A stretch of DNA of 64,000 nucleotides from Octopus vulgaris (GCA_951406725.2 OX597816.1:159464001-159528000), one strand, 5' to 3'; positions 28,657-42,526 are shown, counted from the stretch's first letter. The notes: generated by a model from the letters alone, not told the origin. Numbers and translations: made by a program.

Positions 28657-30560
28657 TAACCAGGTGGTAGGGGTATTGAATGAAAAAAGGTGGCCAAAGT
28701 TGTTTGAAAGATGATGGAAAAGTTTGTCGGCTTCATCTAGTCAGATGCTAGATGTCGAACCTTTCGTGTATTGATGCCTTGAGAACTAAGACACTCATGA
28801 CTGACAAAAAGAATTCGTCTGGTGTACATCTTCGAACACCTTCCAGTAGATCGATGTTCCAGATAAGATGAGAGGCGGATGTTCGAACTGGAGATGCAAA
28901 CTGTAAGTATGGACGTATTCAAAGCAAATCGAAGGCAGAATCAACTAAAGTTGACTAGAATACCTTGTAGTGTTATAGTTCATTTATATTCTTGTATTCA
29001 TGGCCTAGTGGTCAGAGTGTTGCTCTCGCGATCCTAAGATCGTGGTTTCGATTCCCAGACCGAGCAGTGCGTTGTGTTCTTAAGCAAGACACTTCATTTC
29101 ACATTGCTCCAATTCACTCAGCTGACAAAAAGGAGTGGTCTTACGACAGACCAGCGTCCCGTTCAGGGGCTAATGTGATCCCAGTCACAACTACATCATG
29201 ATAACTTGGTAACCGACTGCATGACTCCCAGGACTCGAAACAGATTTACCTTTTATATTCTGAATTCAAAGCCACAGGGTTTCAGTGTTTTTCGTCCTTC
29301 TGACTCGATGAAATATCATATATTGATCATATTCCTGTACCACTCTCATAAATCTATTATATTAAAATAAGACTACAACACAAAAACTATATGGAGTGTG
29401 GGATCACTCTGTGAGGTCGATTTGAGCCTTTGATTTTGTTTGTGTTACATACCCCGAAATTAATACATATTAATCTGTCCTCCTGTCTGGAGTTCTTTTA
29501 ATTGTAATTAAAGCACTTTACAGGATAAATTTCTTCTTCTTCTTCTTCTTCTTCCACCTCCTCCTTCCGGTCGTGGTAGAGGGGAAGAAAGCCTTCTCCT
29601 CTTCCTTTTCTACTCCTGCTTCTTTTTCTCTTCCACTGCTTTCATTTTCTTTTCCTCTTGCTCTACCACAACTGCCACTACTCCTCCTCTTCTCCTGCTC
29701 CCTCATTTTCTCCTCCTCCACTTCCCTTCTTCTTCTTCTTTACATGCTTGAGTAAGTAAGAAGATACTGAGAAAAAACAAAATAAAAAAAAACAAAAACA
29801 GATTGGTGTCTGCTGTCTTGAATAACCAACTTCAATGTGTTGCTAATGTTATGTCTATTTTATCAATCTTGACAAGATGGAAAACAAAGTTAATCGAGCA
29901 TGAATTTTCAACTTAGAATGTAAACAGAATGAAGCTAAATAATACCTCACATACTTTCTCAAATTCAGTCCTTGACTACCTAGGTTGGGTGGAGGGTGCA
30001 ATGAATAATATTTACTGCATTTTTGACTTTGAAAAAACTTATAGTTTTTATCAATGTTCACTACAATATAAAAACTATATCAGCTAAGCAAATTTCCTTC
30101 TCTTAATTCATTAAAAACACTGTAACATATTCAGAGCACAATTCCAGAAAATTATCTCCATTCTCTTTGAGCACAGAAAAGACAAATTTAGCTGGGGCAA
30201 AATGAGTAAGACATGATGAGGTAAATATGCTGCTTCAGTTCTCCAGAGTTACATTTGAAAAAGACTCATACACATCAATATCCATCCTTAGATATCAAAA
30301 GGATCAGAAATGCAACAAAACTTTAAAATATCTCAGCTAAATGAAAGATAATCATGGAAAAATGACACATATGAAATTAATGAAACTCAACTAAATAGAA
30401 TAACAATAACATAAAATATTCTCTACAGCAGTGGTTTTCAACCTTTTCACTACCAAAGACCCCTTTTATTCTTTTATTTAAATGAATTTTCATATGGCCC
30501 CCTTTTAATATGCTTATCTTTATATATATCTATATCTATCGATCAATATATGTATATATA

Positions 30561-30971
30561 CTCTCTCTCTTTACTCTCTTTTACTTGTTTCAGTCAGTTG
30601 ACTGCGGCCATGCTGGAGCACCGCCTTTAGTCGAGCAAATCGACCCCGGGACTTATTCTTTGTAAGCCCAGTACTTATTCTATCGATCTCTTTTGCCGAA
30701 CCGCTAAGTGACGGGGACGTAAACACACCAGCATCGGTTGTCAAGCAATGCTAGGGGAACAAACACAAACACATACACACACACACATATATATATATAC
30801 ATATATACGACAGGCTTCTTTCAGTTTCCGTCTACCAAATCCACTCACAAGGCATTGGTCGGCCCGGGGCTATAGCAGAAGACACTTGCCCAAGATGCCA
30901 CGCAGTGGGACTGAACCCGGAACCATGTGGTTGGTTAGCAAGCTACTTACCACACAGCCACTCCTGCGCCT
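30561..30971 (-). mobile_element. Full-length tRNA-derived SINE (family A)
   Basis: Head ggcgcaggagtggctgtgtggtaagtagc...ggttcagtccc (A/B boxes), internal microsatellite, and tail ggcggtgctccagcatggccgcagtc...gaaacaagtaaaagagagtaaagag. Confidence 0.88.
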
Positions 30972-30984
30972 ATACATATATATA

Positions 30985-31384
30985 TCTTTATATATAAAAG
31001 TCAAATTTTGTGTCTGTCTCCTACGATTTAGATCCCTAACTACTCCCACATTTTGCAGTGCAGTTTAACCAAAACCGGGTATCTTATAGTCGTGATTCAT
31101 ATCAAGCCCTTCTGGGTATTAGCGTGCGTCTACGATGAGTCTACGATTTAAAAAAAAATTTACCATCATTTTTTCCATTTTAATGCATTTCTTTCGATAT
31201 TATATAAGGGAAGTAACACTCTAAAAATGTCTACGATGAGTCAACGATTTAAAAAAAAATTTCCCATCATTTTTTTTTCCATTTTTAATGCATTTTTTTG
31301 CTATTTTTTTTAGTTATAACTCTCTAAAAATGCTTATATAGTTATTTCCCTTACACACCCGAGCAACGCCGGGCGATACTACTA

Positions 31385-31385
<1 letters not shown>
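30985..31385 (+). mobile_element. Non-autonomous Helitron
   Basis: a|TCTTTATATATAAAAG...cccgagcaacgccgggcgatactaCTAG|t. Confidence 0.85.
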
Positions 31386-31430
<45 letters not shown>

Positions 31431-31530
31431 TTATATAATTTTACCGAATATGATCCTTTTCCATACCGAAAAACTACTTGGTGAAATTTGTTGATTTTAT
31501 TAAATTAATTATATTTCACCCTTTATCTGT

Positions 31531-31568
<38 letters not shown>

Positions 31569-31615
31569 TATATATTTATATATATATATATATATACACA
31601 CATATATATATATAT

Positions 31616-31654
<39 letters not shown>

Positions 31655-33232
31655 TATACGCACTCACACACACACACACATATAATATATAAAATTTTGA
31701 GTTTAGTTCACAGATCCCCCATACTACCTTTGCAGACCACCACGGTTCTACGGACCACAAGTTGGTAACCACTGCTCTATAGCTTCTTTATGATCTTCCT
31801 GGTATATTTATGTACCATGCAGTAAAAGAGAAAAAAATATTGAAATTAGTCATTACTCATTTTGCCCCAGTTTAGACAATTTTTTTTTTTAGGTGGGGGA
31901 ATTGAAAATTATCAAATTAGGTATTAGTGTGGGGAAAAAATTGCCTTGGAATCAAAAACATAAATAAATCAATATTGACTGTTAAACACCTAAAATATTT
32001 TATTTACAACTTCAATTACAACCGGGTCAAAGTTGAAAAATTTCTGGAAAAAAATGTACCCATCAGCTATGTTTCTAACTCTCAATATCAACAACAACTA
32101 AGCTGATCAATTTTTACTTCCAAAGTTGATAGAACTGTACAAAATGATGATGCAATACTTTGCAAAAAAATGGTTTCAAACAGGTAGGGAGCAAAAAACG
32201 AGAAATCAGAAATTACTCATTTTGCCCTCCCACAGCTTTTTCTTCTTCTGAAATTTTGATAAACATTGCATTCTCTCAGCTTCAAAATGTAACAGCAGTA
32301 GTTAAATGCTAAAAGCAGAAACTGCTGCTTTACATAAAGACAAAGCCTTTAGCAGTGTCCTTCCTTCTCCATGTCTTTGTAGAATTACTGTAGTTAAAGT
32401 ATTGTCTTCAGTCCTAAGACTCATAGTACCAGTTCTTTGGTTTCCCTAATGTATTGGGTTGTCCAGAAAGTTCGTGCCGATTTATAGTCTATTATAGGCA
32501 CAAGGCCCGAAATTTTGGGATTACTTCGACCCAGGACTCAACTGGTACTTAATTTATCGACCCCGAAAGAAGGATGTAAGGCAAAGTCAACCTCAGCGGA
32601 ATTTGAACTCAGAACATAAAGACAGACGAAATGTCGCTAAGCCTTTTTGCTCGGCGTGCTTTACTTTATCGATCCTGAAAGAACGAGTTGACCGAGGTGG
32701 AATTTGAACTCATGTCATAAAGAACCAGGGAAAATGTCGCTAAGAATTTTGTCCAATGGTTAACGATTCTGCCAACTTCTTCCTCCAGAAGTTCGTCACT
32801 AACAATAAGTAACAAAAGGTGAGAAATAAAAAAAATATTTGGTTTAAAAAAAATTTGGAAGAAATCGATTCGCTCATTCACTGATTTAGACTATTTTACG
32901 TCCCTCATATCATCGATGACATCGAAAATGCCATGATCATCACATAATCTCATATTTGCCACAAAATAAATCAAGACAAATGATTTTATGTCGATATCTA
33001 AAATTAATTTCTCGGGCGTAACCAAGTTGTTAATAAGAGTTGCCTCCCATGAATTAATTAACGATAAAAAAATCACTAAAAATTTCGCTGTCAGTAACTT
33101 TTTGTTAATAGTCTCGGAAGTGGGGAGGAAGACCTTGGTCTTTGTAGGTCCTTTGTGTGTGTGTGTGTAAATATTCACACACACACACACACACAAATAT
33201 ATATATATAAATGCGGGTGTGTGTATATATAT

Positions 33233-33761
33233 ATACAAAATGAGAAGATGGAGAAATATATCTAAATCAATCATCAACTATCAGATAATACCGAATCATA
33301 TACTTTATTAAAACACTACACAATAGCAATGAGATTAGACATTAATACAGTACAATAATTACAATCAATATGGTGAGATATAACTAAATGTTATATTTAT
33401 TTAGTTATATCTCCCATGACTTTCGGAAACATTTTTTCACGCTCAGGGTTGCTGAAGCGTGGAATAAACTGCCTGCATCAGTTGTTGACTGCCATGACAC
33501 TGCATCCTTTAAGGCCCTCATGCTTCCTGAAATCCGTCGAAACTACACCTGATTATATATACACTTTAGATGAGTTGTGGTGCACCTGAGCACTGTACAC
33601 AATTATTATTATTATTATTATTATATTGATTGTAATTATTGTACTGTATTAATGTCTAATCTCATTGCTATTGTGTAGTGTTTTAATAAAGTATATGATT
33701 CGGTATTATCTGATAGTTGATGATTGATTTAGATATATTTCTCCATTTTCTCATTTTGTAT
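33233..33761. repeat. 139-bp near-perfect inverted repeat (33233-33371 / 33623-33761) enclosing a short CR1 3' fragment
   Basis: The arms are reverse complements with one visible mismatch. The spacer 33410-33622 matches the end of the CR1 at 28360-28656. Confidence 0.9.
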
Positions 33762-33964
33762 TATTAATTTACGGTAAAAATAATTTTACCTTTGCCCACC
33801 TAATACAGTAAATGAATTAATTGCATCGCAATTTTTAACATTTATGTATTAGCTTTGTTGGGTACTTCTCTAGCAGTATATTGGATATATGTTATCCCAT
33901 GGAGGGTTGAACTTACAACCCCTATCTCATTTTATATATATATATATATGTATTATGTATGTAT

Positions 33965-34180
33965 ATATGTATGTGTGTATGTTTGTGTGTCTGTGTTTGT
34001 CCCCCCAACATCGCTTGACAACCGATAGTGGTGTGCTTACGTTCCCATAACTTAGTGGTTCGGCAACAGATATCGATAGAATAAGTACTAAGCTTACAAA
34101 GAATAAGTCCTGGGGTCGATTTGCTCAACTAAAGGCAGTGCTCCAGTATAGCCGCAGTCAAAACAAATAAAATAGATAAA
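33965..34180 (+). mobile_element. SINE family A, 3' half
   Basis: Matches the reverse complement of 30580-30780. Confidence 0.75.
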
Positions 34181-34286
34181 AGATATGTGTGTGTGTGTGT
34201 ATATGTGTCAAATTCCATTTATCATATAAGGACTGGTAGCACTAATCACCAGTTCACCTCTCTCTCTCTCTCTCTCCATATATATA

Positions 34287-34322
<36 letters not shown>

Positions 34323-35214
34323 TGTATGTATGTATGCATGCATGTATGTATGTATGTATGCATGCATGCATGCATGTATGTATGTATGTATGTATGTATG
34401 TATGTATGTATGTATGTATGTATGTATGAAAGTGTGAGCCGGGAAGCTGGAATCTGGAGATTTTAACCCTACACCTAACTACCATCATATTGAACCATTA
34501 ATCCCTACATGTTCTTTTTCTTTCTGTTCCTTTTTTTTTTTAAATTTTTCGTTCTCTCACCATTTTTTACCCATGAATCCTTTCAGCAGATGAGCATAGA
34601 CTCAAAACGTAAAAGACTTTTCCATTCTTCCCAAGCATCTAATTAATACACCTTCTTGTCCCTTTTAGTTTTCTGTAAATTTGAATTATATATATATATC
34701 ATCATCATCATCGTCGTTTAACGTCCGTTCTCCATGCTAGCATGGGTTGGACGGTTCGACCGGGGTTCTGGGAAGCCAGAAGGCTGCACCAGGCTCCAGT
34801 CTAAATTTGGCAATGTTTCTACAGCTGGATGCCATATATATATATATATATCATCACCACGACCATCATCATCATTATCATCATCATCATTGTTTAATGT
34901 TCATTTTCCATGCTGACATGGGTTGGCTGGTTTGACCAGCTGTTCCAGCCTCCAGTCATGTTTTGGCTTGGTTAATAATGTCTGAATGCATTTATGTATG
35001 CTTGCATTTATGTATTTTTGTATGTCTATATGACAATACTATTGTATTCCAGAAAAATATTCTTGTCTAAAGAAGAAATTCTCATATCAACAACAAATTG
35101 AAGACAAAGAAAATAATTTGTGAAACAAATAAAGAAAGTAAATGTTTAATCAATTTCAATATTTAATCATGGATCAATAATAATTCTATTTTGGCACAAG
35201 GTCAGCAATTTTAA

Positions 35215-35687
35215 CCCTTTCCATACCAACCCAGCTGAAACTGCCTCTGGCTCTGTAATACAAATGTCTTGTTTCCATAAGTTTTCAATTAAAATCTTCC
35301 ACCAAACCTTAATCACAATTTATGTTCCTAACACTAGCTTAATGATAACTGAGTTATTTTACTAAATTCTTTGTTATATTTAAAATTAATTGAAAAAAAA
35401 AACACAGAGCATCTCAACAGAAATATGGTAACAAAAGGGTTAAAATATATAACAGAGAAACAATTTTTAACCCTTTTGATACCAAATGAAACCGGTTCTG
35501 GTTCTGTAGTGCAAATGTCTTGTTTTCATAAGTTTTGAGTTAAAATCTTCCACCAAACCTTAGTCACAATTTATGTTCCTAACACTAGCTTAATGATAAC
35601 TGAGTTATTTTACTAAATTCTTTGTTATATTTAAAATTAATTGAAAGAAACACACAGCATCTCAAAATAAATACGGTAATGAAAGGG
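35215..35687. mobile_element. Two tandem piggyBac-like MITEs (35215-35439 and 35471-35687)
   Basis: Each is bounded by TTAA|CCCTT...AAGGG|TTAA and the interiors are near-identical. A more diverged copy lies at ~37857-38061. Confidence 0.8.
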
Positions 35688-36419
35688 TTAAGGGAAGTGG
35701 GTAAGATACTTACCTTGATCCCCAGTGCTCAACTGGTACTTATTTTATCAACTCCAAAAGGATGAAAGGCTAAGTTGACTTCAGCAGAATTTAAACTCAG
35801 AACAGAAAGAGCCAGAATAAATGTCACCAAGCACTTCGTCCTCCTTGCTGCCTTCTCATGGATCATTAATAATAATAGAAGAAAGGATATTGGTTATTCT
35901 GTAATTTCTGGCACAATTTTTCTGTAATTTCTGGCACTATTTCCATTAATCATTCCTTAATTAACATATAGATAACTAATAAATTTTTTTTTTTTTTTGC
36001 ACAAAGTAAAATGTACTTGTGCTGGTGCCATGTATGAAGCACCTGTACCAGTGCCTCATCAAGGGCACCCATACCAGTGCCACATAAACATCACCCATGT
36101 TGGTTCTACATCAAAAGCATTAATGCTGGTGGTACATAATAGCATTGGTGCTGGTGCCTTATGTAAAGAACACTCAGTACACTCTGTAAAGGGGTTGGAT
36201 TTATGAAGGGCATCTTGCCTTAGAAACCATGCCAAAGCAAGCAATGGAGCCTGGTGCAGTTCTCTGCCCCTGCCAGCTCTTACCAAACTGTCCAACCCAT
36301 GCCAGCGTGGAAAACATATGATGATGATAATGATGATCATGATCAGGATGACTACAGCAAATCATCTTTTATGAGTTAACTGACCATTAATTTAATAACC
36401 TCCTATTGAGTTGCAGAGC

Positions 36420-37800
36420 ATTCATTGGTGAAACCAGGATACTGACCTGGATTTTGCTGATGATGCAGTTATTCTTGTTGAGTCTCTGAATGTCTTAAGC
36501 AGCACTCTCTTTTCATTAAGTGAGGAAATGGATCCACTTGGCCTTAGAATATCTTGGGTCAAGTCAAAGATTCAATCTTTCATCGGCTTCCTAGGAAACT
36601 CCATCTCATCCATTTCTGGTGCAGGTGAGAATGTCAAAATTGTTGACCACTTCAGTTATCTCACCAGCATGATCCATACTAGTTTTAGCTGCAAGTCTGA
36701 AGTCTTGAAAAGACTTGGCCATGCTGGTGCAGTTCTGGACTCACAGGACAAGGGTGTTTGGTGCTGCTGATATTTGTGCAGGAGGACAAACGTTCAGATG
36801 TTTAGGTCTCTGGTTCTCCCTGTCTTGCTCTATAGTTGTAAGACTTGGACACTGGAACCCTTAGGGGCTGTTTGAACTCCTTTGGTACCAAGACTCTTTT
36901 CAAGATTATGGGCTACCATTGGTTGAACTTTGGACCCAACCAACGACTATACTAAGTATACTATATGACTATATATATATACTATATATACATATACTAT
37001 ATATATATATATACTATATGACTATATGAAGGCAGACACGTTAGCACGCCAGGTAAAATGCTTAGTGGTATTTCATCTGTCGTTACATTCTAAGTTCAAA
37101 TTCCACCAAGATCAACTTTGCCTTTCATCTTTTCGGGGTCAATAAATAAAGTACCAGTTTCACACTGGGGTCGATGTAATCGACTTAATCCCTTTGTCTG
37201 TCCTTGTTTGTTCCCTCTATGTTTAGCCTCTTATGGGCAATAAAGAAATATATACAAAGTGTTATGAATTATAATATCCTATCATTATTTCCTTTCTATA
37301 ATAGTAAATAATAGATAAAAATATAGATATCGTATTTTGTATTGAGTACGAAAATGCGACATAGTGTCAAATGATGTTGATAGATGGATATTGTATTTAC
37401 TTAATATAAAACAACACATCTTAACAGATTAGATGGTGATCAGAAATAAAGTTTGAATAATAGCCTTCTTTGAACTGGTTTATGACACTTCGAAACTGGG
37501 ATGCATCCCATTACTTGTATGATTCAGGAGCATTGGCCCAGACTGCTTGGTCGTGTTGCTTAATTTTCCAAGTTGGATCCTGCATACTGTGTTCTCTTCA
37601 CTGAGGATCCACCTGGGGCAATGGCTTGTGTTGGTCAGCCACATGCCTCACGGCCATGGCAAATGAGGAATTTTATCAAAGAAATGGGAACTAACTTGAT
37701 CACTGTTCAGAGGGTTGCCTTGAATAACCCAAGCAGATCCTGACAAATGGTAGATGCAACAAAGCACTGCAATGGCACTTGCCCCCATACCTGACCTCAC
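36420..37800 (+). pseudogene. Decayed RTE-clade LINE RT 3' fragment, interrupted by a SINE and AT-rich insert (~36955-37495)
   Basis: DLDFADDAVIL...LGLRISWVKSK...VKIVDHFSYL...EVLKRLGHA...FRSLVLPVLLYSCKTWTL; resumes near 37495. Confidence 0.8.
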
Positions 37801-38689
37801 CTATCAAACTATATTACTGGATATTGATTAAGAACCTGCTCCCCTATCAAATCCTGTAACACTTTTGGTATCAACCGGCCCAAAACCATGCTTGGTTCTA
37901 TGGTGCGTATTTCTTGTTTTATCAAAGTTTCAAGCTAATTTATTTTCCCAAATATCAGCTTAATAATGATTAAGTTATTTTACTAAATTCTTCATTATTT
38001 TCATTATTAATTGAAACAAAAGCAGTGCATTTTAACAGAATTATGGTAACAATGGGGTTAATATGTGAATTTTTGAATTCCATATGTCAAACACTTAAGG
38101 ACATGCTTACAAAATCAATAAAACAACACAGTATCTATCATCGTTTAATTGTTTAACGTCCGTTTTCCATGCTAGCATGGGTTGGACGAATAACTGAGGG
38201 CTGGTGAACCAGATGGCTGCACCAGGCTTCAATCTTGATCTGACAGAGTTTCGACAGCTGGATACCCTTCCTAACGCCAACCACTCCGAGAGTGTAGTGG
38301 GTGATTTTATGTGCCAGTAAAGTAATGACTTTCAAAAACATCTTTTATCACTCAGAATTGCTGAAGCTTGGAATGAACAACCTGCATCAGTTGTTAGTTG
38401 CTGGAAACTGCATCCATCAAAATTTCCATGCTTCTCAAAATTCACCAGCAGTATACCTGATGCACACCACTCAACACTTTTCTTTAAACAACTCTTTCAC
38501 TGTTCACTTTCTGTGCATTATTCTATGAACTGTACATGCACTTTTGACTATCTTTTCTGATGAGTTGTAGTGCATCTGTTATTATATATTGCTTAACATT
38601 AAGAACCCTCCCTCTTTCATCAAATCATCTTCAATATATTACTAGCCATTAATTTAACCCCTCCTCCATTAAATTATCTTTAATATATC

Positions 38690-38721
<32 letters not shown>

Positions 38722-38985
38722 CATCGTTTAACGTCTGTTTTCCATGCTAGCATGGGTTGGACGATTTGACTGAGGGCTGGCGAACCAGATGGCTGCACCA
38801 GGCTCCAATCTTGATCTGACAGAGTTTCTACAGCTAGATGCCCTTCCTAACGCCAACCACTCCGAGAGTGTAGTGGGTGTTTTTACATGCCACTGGCACG
38901 GGGGCCAGTCTGGCAGTACGAGCAATGACCTCGCTCAAATCTTTTTACACATGCCACCAGCACACATGCTAGTAAGGTGACGTTT
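38690..38985 (-). mobile_element. SINE family C (with (GAT)n tail), partial
   Basis: (CAT)n cgtttaacgtc..ttccatgctagcatgggttggacg; further copies at 34700, 38150, 40075, 41235, 44600 and 59090. Confidence 0.75.
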
Positions 38986-40565
38986 AGTCATTAATTTAGA
39001 AATTTACAAAGCTTCAATCACCTGAGGCTATAGAAGGAGAAGCCATGTTGGGGAATTGAATTCAAAACCACAAAGTTACAATGTGAGCTTCTTAACCACA
39101 GACCCATACATACATCCATTTATTCCATTTCCTTTCTTTCATCATAAATTAATATTGTCAGATTCCTTGCGGAGAGAATATTGGAAGAATGTCATTGTGT
39201 TGTTTGTTGAGCAGATCCTCTTTCAAGTGTTTCCTTCCTGTAAATACCTGATACCTTCTGAGCCAACAAGAGAACCCTTACATGGTTGTTTGATCTGCTA
39301 TATTTAGCAACAAAATTTTGCTCAAATTGTGCCTCACTGTTTTATGAAAGGAAAAAAATATTAAATAATGAAGTCTACCTCATTAGCAAAATGCCTGTAT
39401 TGTTACAGCTGCAAAACTTTTACTATAGTCCTGCTATAAATATCAACCAAGATCTCCTTTTAGTAACATTATACCACCCTTAAAAAAGCACATTGGATAA
39501 TGTAGTCAGGAGCATACTAAATCTGAAAAAAAAAAAATGGGATGGTCATGGTCATATTAGTCATGATCAAAAGTCTGCTTGACCAGGACTGACCTAAGGC
39601 TGAACAGTAATCTGAGATTTTCAACAAATGGATGTAAAAAATGATGTTATTTTTCAGAGAAAAAGAAAATTAAGATTTGGTGACATTCATGCCACTCATA
39701 AAGACTATCAACATTGAGTATGGTGTGAAATAGTTGCAACTGAGAACAAAAACCAAATTCAGTGGAAATTTATCTTCAACTAGTGATTCTGTGAATTGAT
39801 ATCTGTGGGATTTTTAACCATGTTACTTCCTGTATTAAGACAGCAGGCTGGCAGGATCATTAGCATGCTGGACAAAATGCTTAGCAACCATTTTATCTGA
39901 CTTTACATTTTGAGTTCAATTTCCTCTGATGGTCAACTTCCAGAGTTGATAAAATAAGTACCATTTGAGCCCTGGGGTTGATGTAACCCCTTTCCTGAAC
40001 TTGTTGGCCTCATGCCAAAATTTGAAACCAATATTACTTCCTGGATTATAAACCTCATTTTTAGAGTCTATAGCCATCATCATCATCCTTTAACATCCGT
40101 TTTCCATACTGGCATGGGTTGGACAGCTTGACAGGAACTGGCACCAGGTTCCAATTGTCTGTTTTAGCATGGTTTCAATGGCTGGATGCCCTTATTAATG
40201 CCAAACCCTTTAGAGAGTGCACTGGGTGTTTTTTACATGGCAACAGCACAGGTGCTTTTTATGTGGTGCCAGCACAGATATTTATAAGTGACACCAGCAT
40301 GGGAGCTTTTTACATGTGCTAATGGTTCTGCCAGCTTGCTGCCTTTCTAAAGGTTCTCCTAATAATTCTTTATAATTTTGGCATAAGGACAGCAACTTTG
40401 AAGGAAGGGGCAAGTCGACTACATTGACCCTAGAACCTGACTGTTAGCTATTTTAATGACCCTGAAAGGATGAAAAGCAAAGTTGACCACAGCAGAATTT
40501 GAACTCAAAATGTTATAAGATGGAAGAAATTGCCACAAAGAACTCTTTTCAATGTTCTAATGATT

Positions 40566-40801
40566 CTTATTTCTTTACTACCCACAAGGGGCTAAACACA
40601 GAGAGGACAAACAAGGACAGACAGACGGATTGAGTCGATTATATCAACCCCAGTGTGTAACTGGTACTTATTTAATCGACCCCGAAAGGATGAAAGGCAA
40701 AGTCAACCTCGGCGGAATTTGAACTCAGAATGTAACGGCAGACGAAATACGGTTACGCATTTCGCCTGGCGCGCTAACGATTCTGCCAGCTCGCTGCCTT
40801 A
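40566..40801 (-). mobile_element. Young SINE family B with 17-bp TSD, inserted in an older family-B copy
   Basis: tcaatgttctaatgatt is duplicated at 40549-40565 and 40802-40818. Confidence 0.85.
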
Positions 40802-41619
40802 TCAATGTTCTAATGATTTTGCCAGTTTACCACCTTAAGACCCCTTAGTAGTAGATCACCATCAAAATACTTTGTGGTATTTCATTACATCCTTTATAGT
40901 CTAACATCAAAGACTGACAGGAATGACTTTTGCCTTTAGGATTGACAAAAGCAAAGTAGTGTTGAATGATAACATCTTCAGATTCAGATGAAAATTAACA
41001 ATGGAAATTACAAAGAATTACTAGTTTTCAGTTTACTAATAGTTTATTGAACCTAGAATAATTTCAACCAATGAAAAGAGATTGGGTCAAAGGAAAAAAG
41101 AAACGTGAGTATCCTGTTTAAAAGTAGATAAATATCTATTTGAAAACAATATACAAGAAACAATGAGTTGTATACCAAGCCATACAGACAATGATAGAGA
41201 GAAGAATACTAGGAAGTTCTTGTCACTGCTGTCATCATCATCATCATCATCATCATCGTCGTCGTCGTCGTCATCATCGTCGTCGTCATCATCTAACATG
41301 TGTTCCATGCTGGTATTAATTGGTTGGTTCAGAAGAATCCAATGAGCCAAAGGACTGTGTTTAAACTCCAATGTCTGGTTTGGCATTATTTCTATGACTG
41401 GATGCCCTTCCTAATGCCAACCACTTTAAAGAGAGTATTGGGTGATATTTTTGTGGTATTGACACTAGTGAGATCATTAAGTAACTCAGAAGGCAAGTTG
41501 GAGTGGAGGTGCAGTGTTGAAGAAGATGACTGTGCGAGGGACAGGAACAGACAGTGCTGGATTAGCCATTAAGCAAAATAAGCACATGCTTAGGACATCA
41601 AGGGATGGTGGGGGCACCA

Positions 41620-41978
41620 CAGAAATGGTAAGTGGTTTACGGCACAAAAGAAATCACTTTAAACTTGCTAAAATAATATTCAGGATGCTTTTGTCTCTAC
41701 TAAGTATAGATGCAGATGTGTTACCTAAGATGAATTTTGAGGATCTGATCAAAGGCTTTGCAATTCAAAAAAGTAGGAGGAAACTTTTCAAATATGAATA
41801 AAGTGGAATTGTACAAAAATAAACATTATTTTCCCTCTTACTGTTTTGTTTCATTTCAAAAAATAAATATTTATTTTATGATTTGGTATTGTTTATATAT
41901 TGAATTATATAATCTTTTATGGGAGCACCAAAATCTTTTAAGTTCTTAGAGCCTTGATGGGTCTTAATCCAGCCCTGG
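41620..41978 (+). mobile_element. hAT transposon 3' remnant (dimerisation-domain tail plus terminal repeat)
   Basis: LSLLSIDADVLPKMNFEDLIKGFAIQKSRRKLF resembles the hATC C-terminus; ends gggtcttaatccagccctg. Confidence 0.65.
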
Positions 41979-42526
41979 GAACAGGTGTATTGCCATAGAG
42001 GAGATATATGGCAACCTAAGTTGGAAAAAAAGAGAAGATGGTAAATATAAGGTGTTAGGCTAGTCTCCCAAGACACAAGAAGATTGGTATAAGAAAGAAT
42101 AGGGACTGAGGACTGTGGATGGGTGGATAGGTATGCTTATGAGAGTGTGAAAGGAGAATGGAAGCAAACAAAAAATGATACTCGTAGCTATAGATCGAAT
42201 ATGAAATTTATCCCAAGTTAAATCAGTTATGAAATAAAACAGCACAGTATCAATGATTTTCAGAAACATTTTTTCATGCACAGAACTGATGAAGCATAGA
42301 ATAAACTATCCACATTGGTTGTTGTTATAACACTGTAATCCTTCAAACATTATATTCTTCTTAACCCTTTGGCATTTAAACCAACCATATCCAGCTGGAA
42401 TATTCTAAATGTTTTATGTTCAAATTGGCCAGATCCTGCTTCTCACACCTACTCTACAATGTCCTTTAAAAGTAAACAGTCATAGAAATCTCAAACCTAT
42501 GAGATAATACATGATTAATTTAAAAC

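Larger units (their letters stand above)
30429..31774. mobile_element. hAT-family MITE with 8-bp TSD, containing nested insertions
   Basis: TIRs cagtggttttcaac / gttggtaaccactg; flanks ctctacag (30421-30428) and ctctatag (31775-31782). Confidence 0.8.
30192..31870. mobile_element. Probable DNA-transposon derivative bounded by perfect 18-bp inverted repeats
   Basis: ctggggcaaaatgagtaa (30192-30209) pairs with ttactcattttgccccag (31853-31870). An extra partial copy lies at ~32212-32227. Confidence 0.55.

Noticed and set aside
32452-32482. Mariner-like terminal sequence tattgggttgtccagaaagttcgtgccgattt
   Set aside because: No matching opposite TIR or transposase could be identified.
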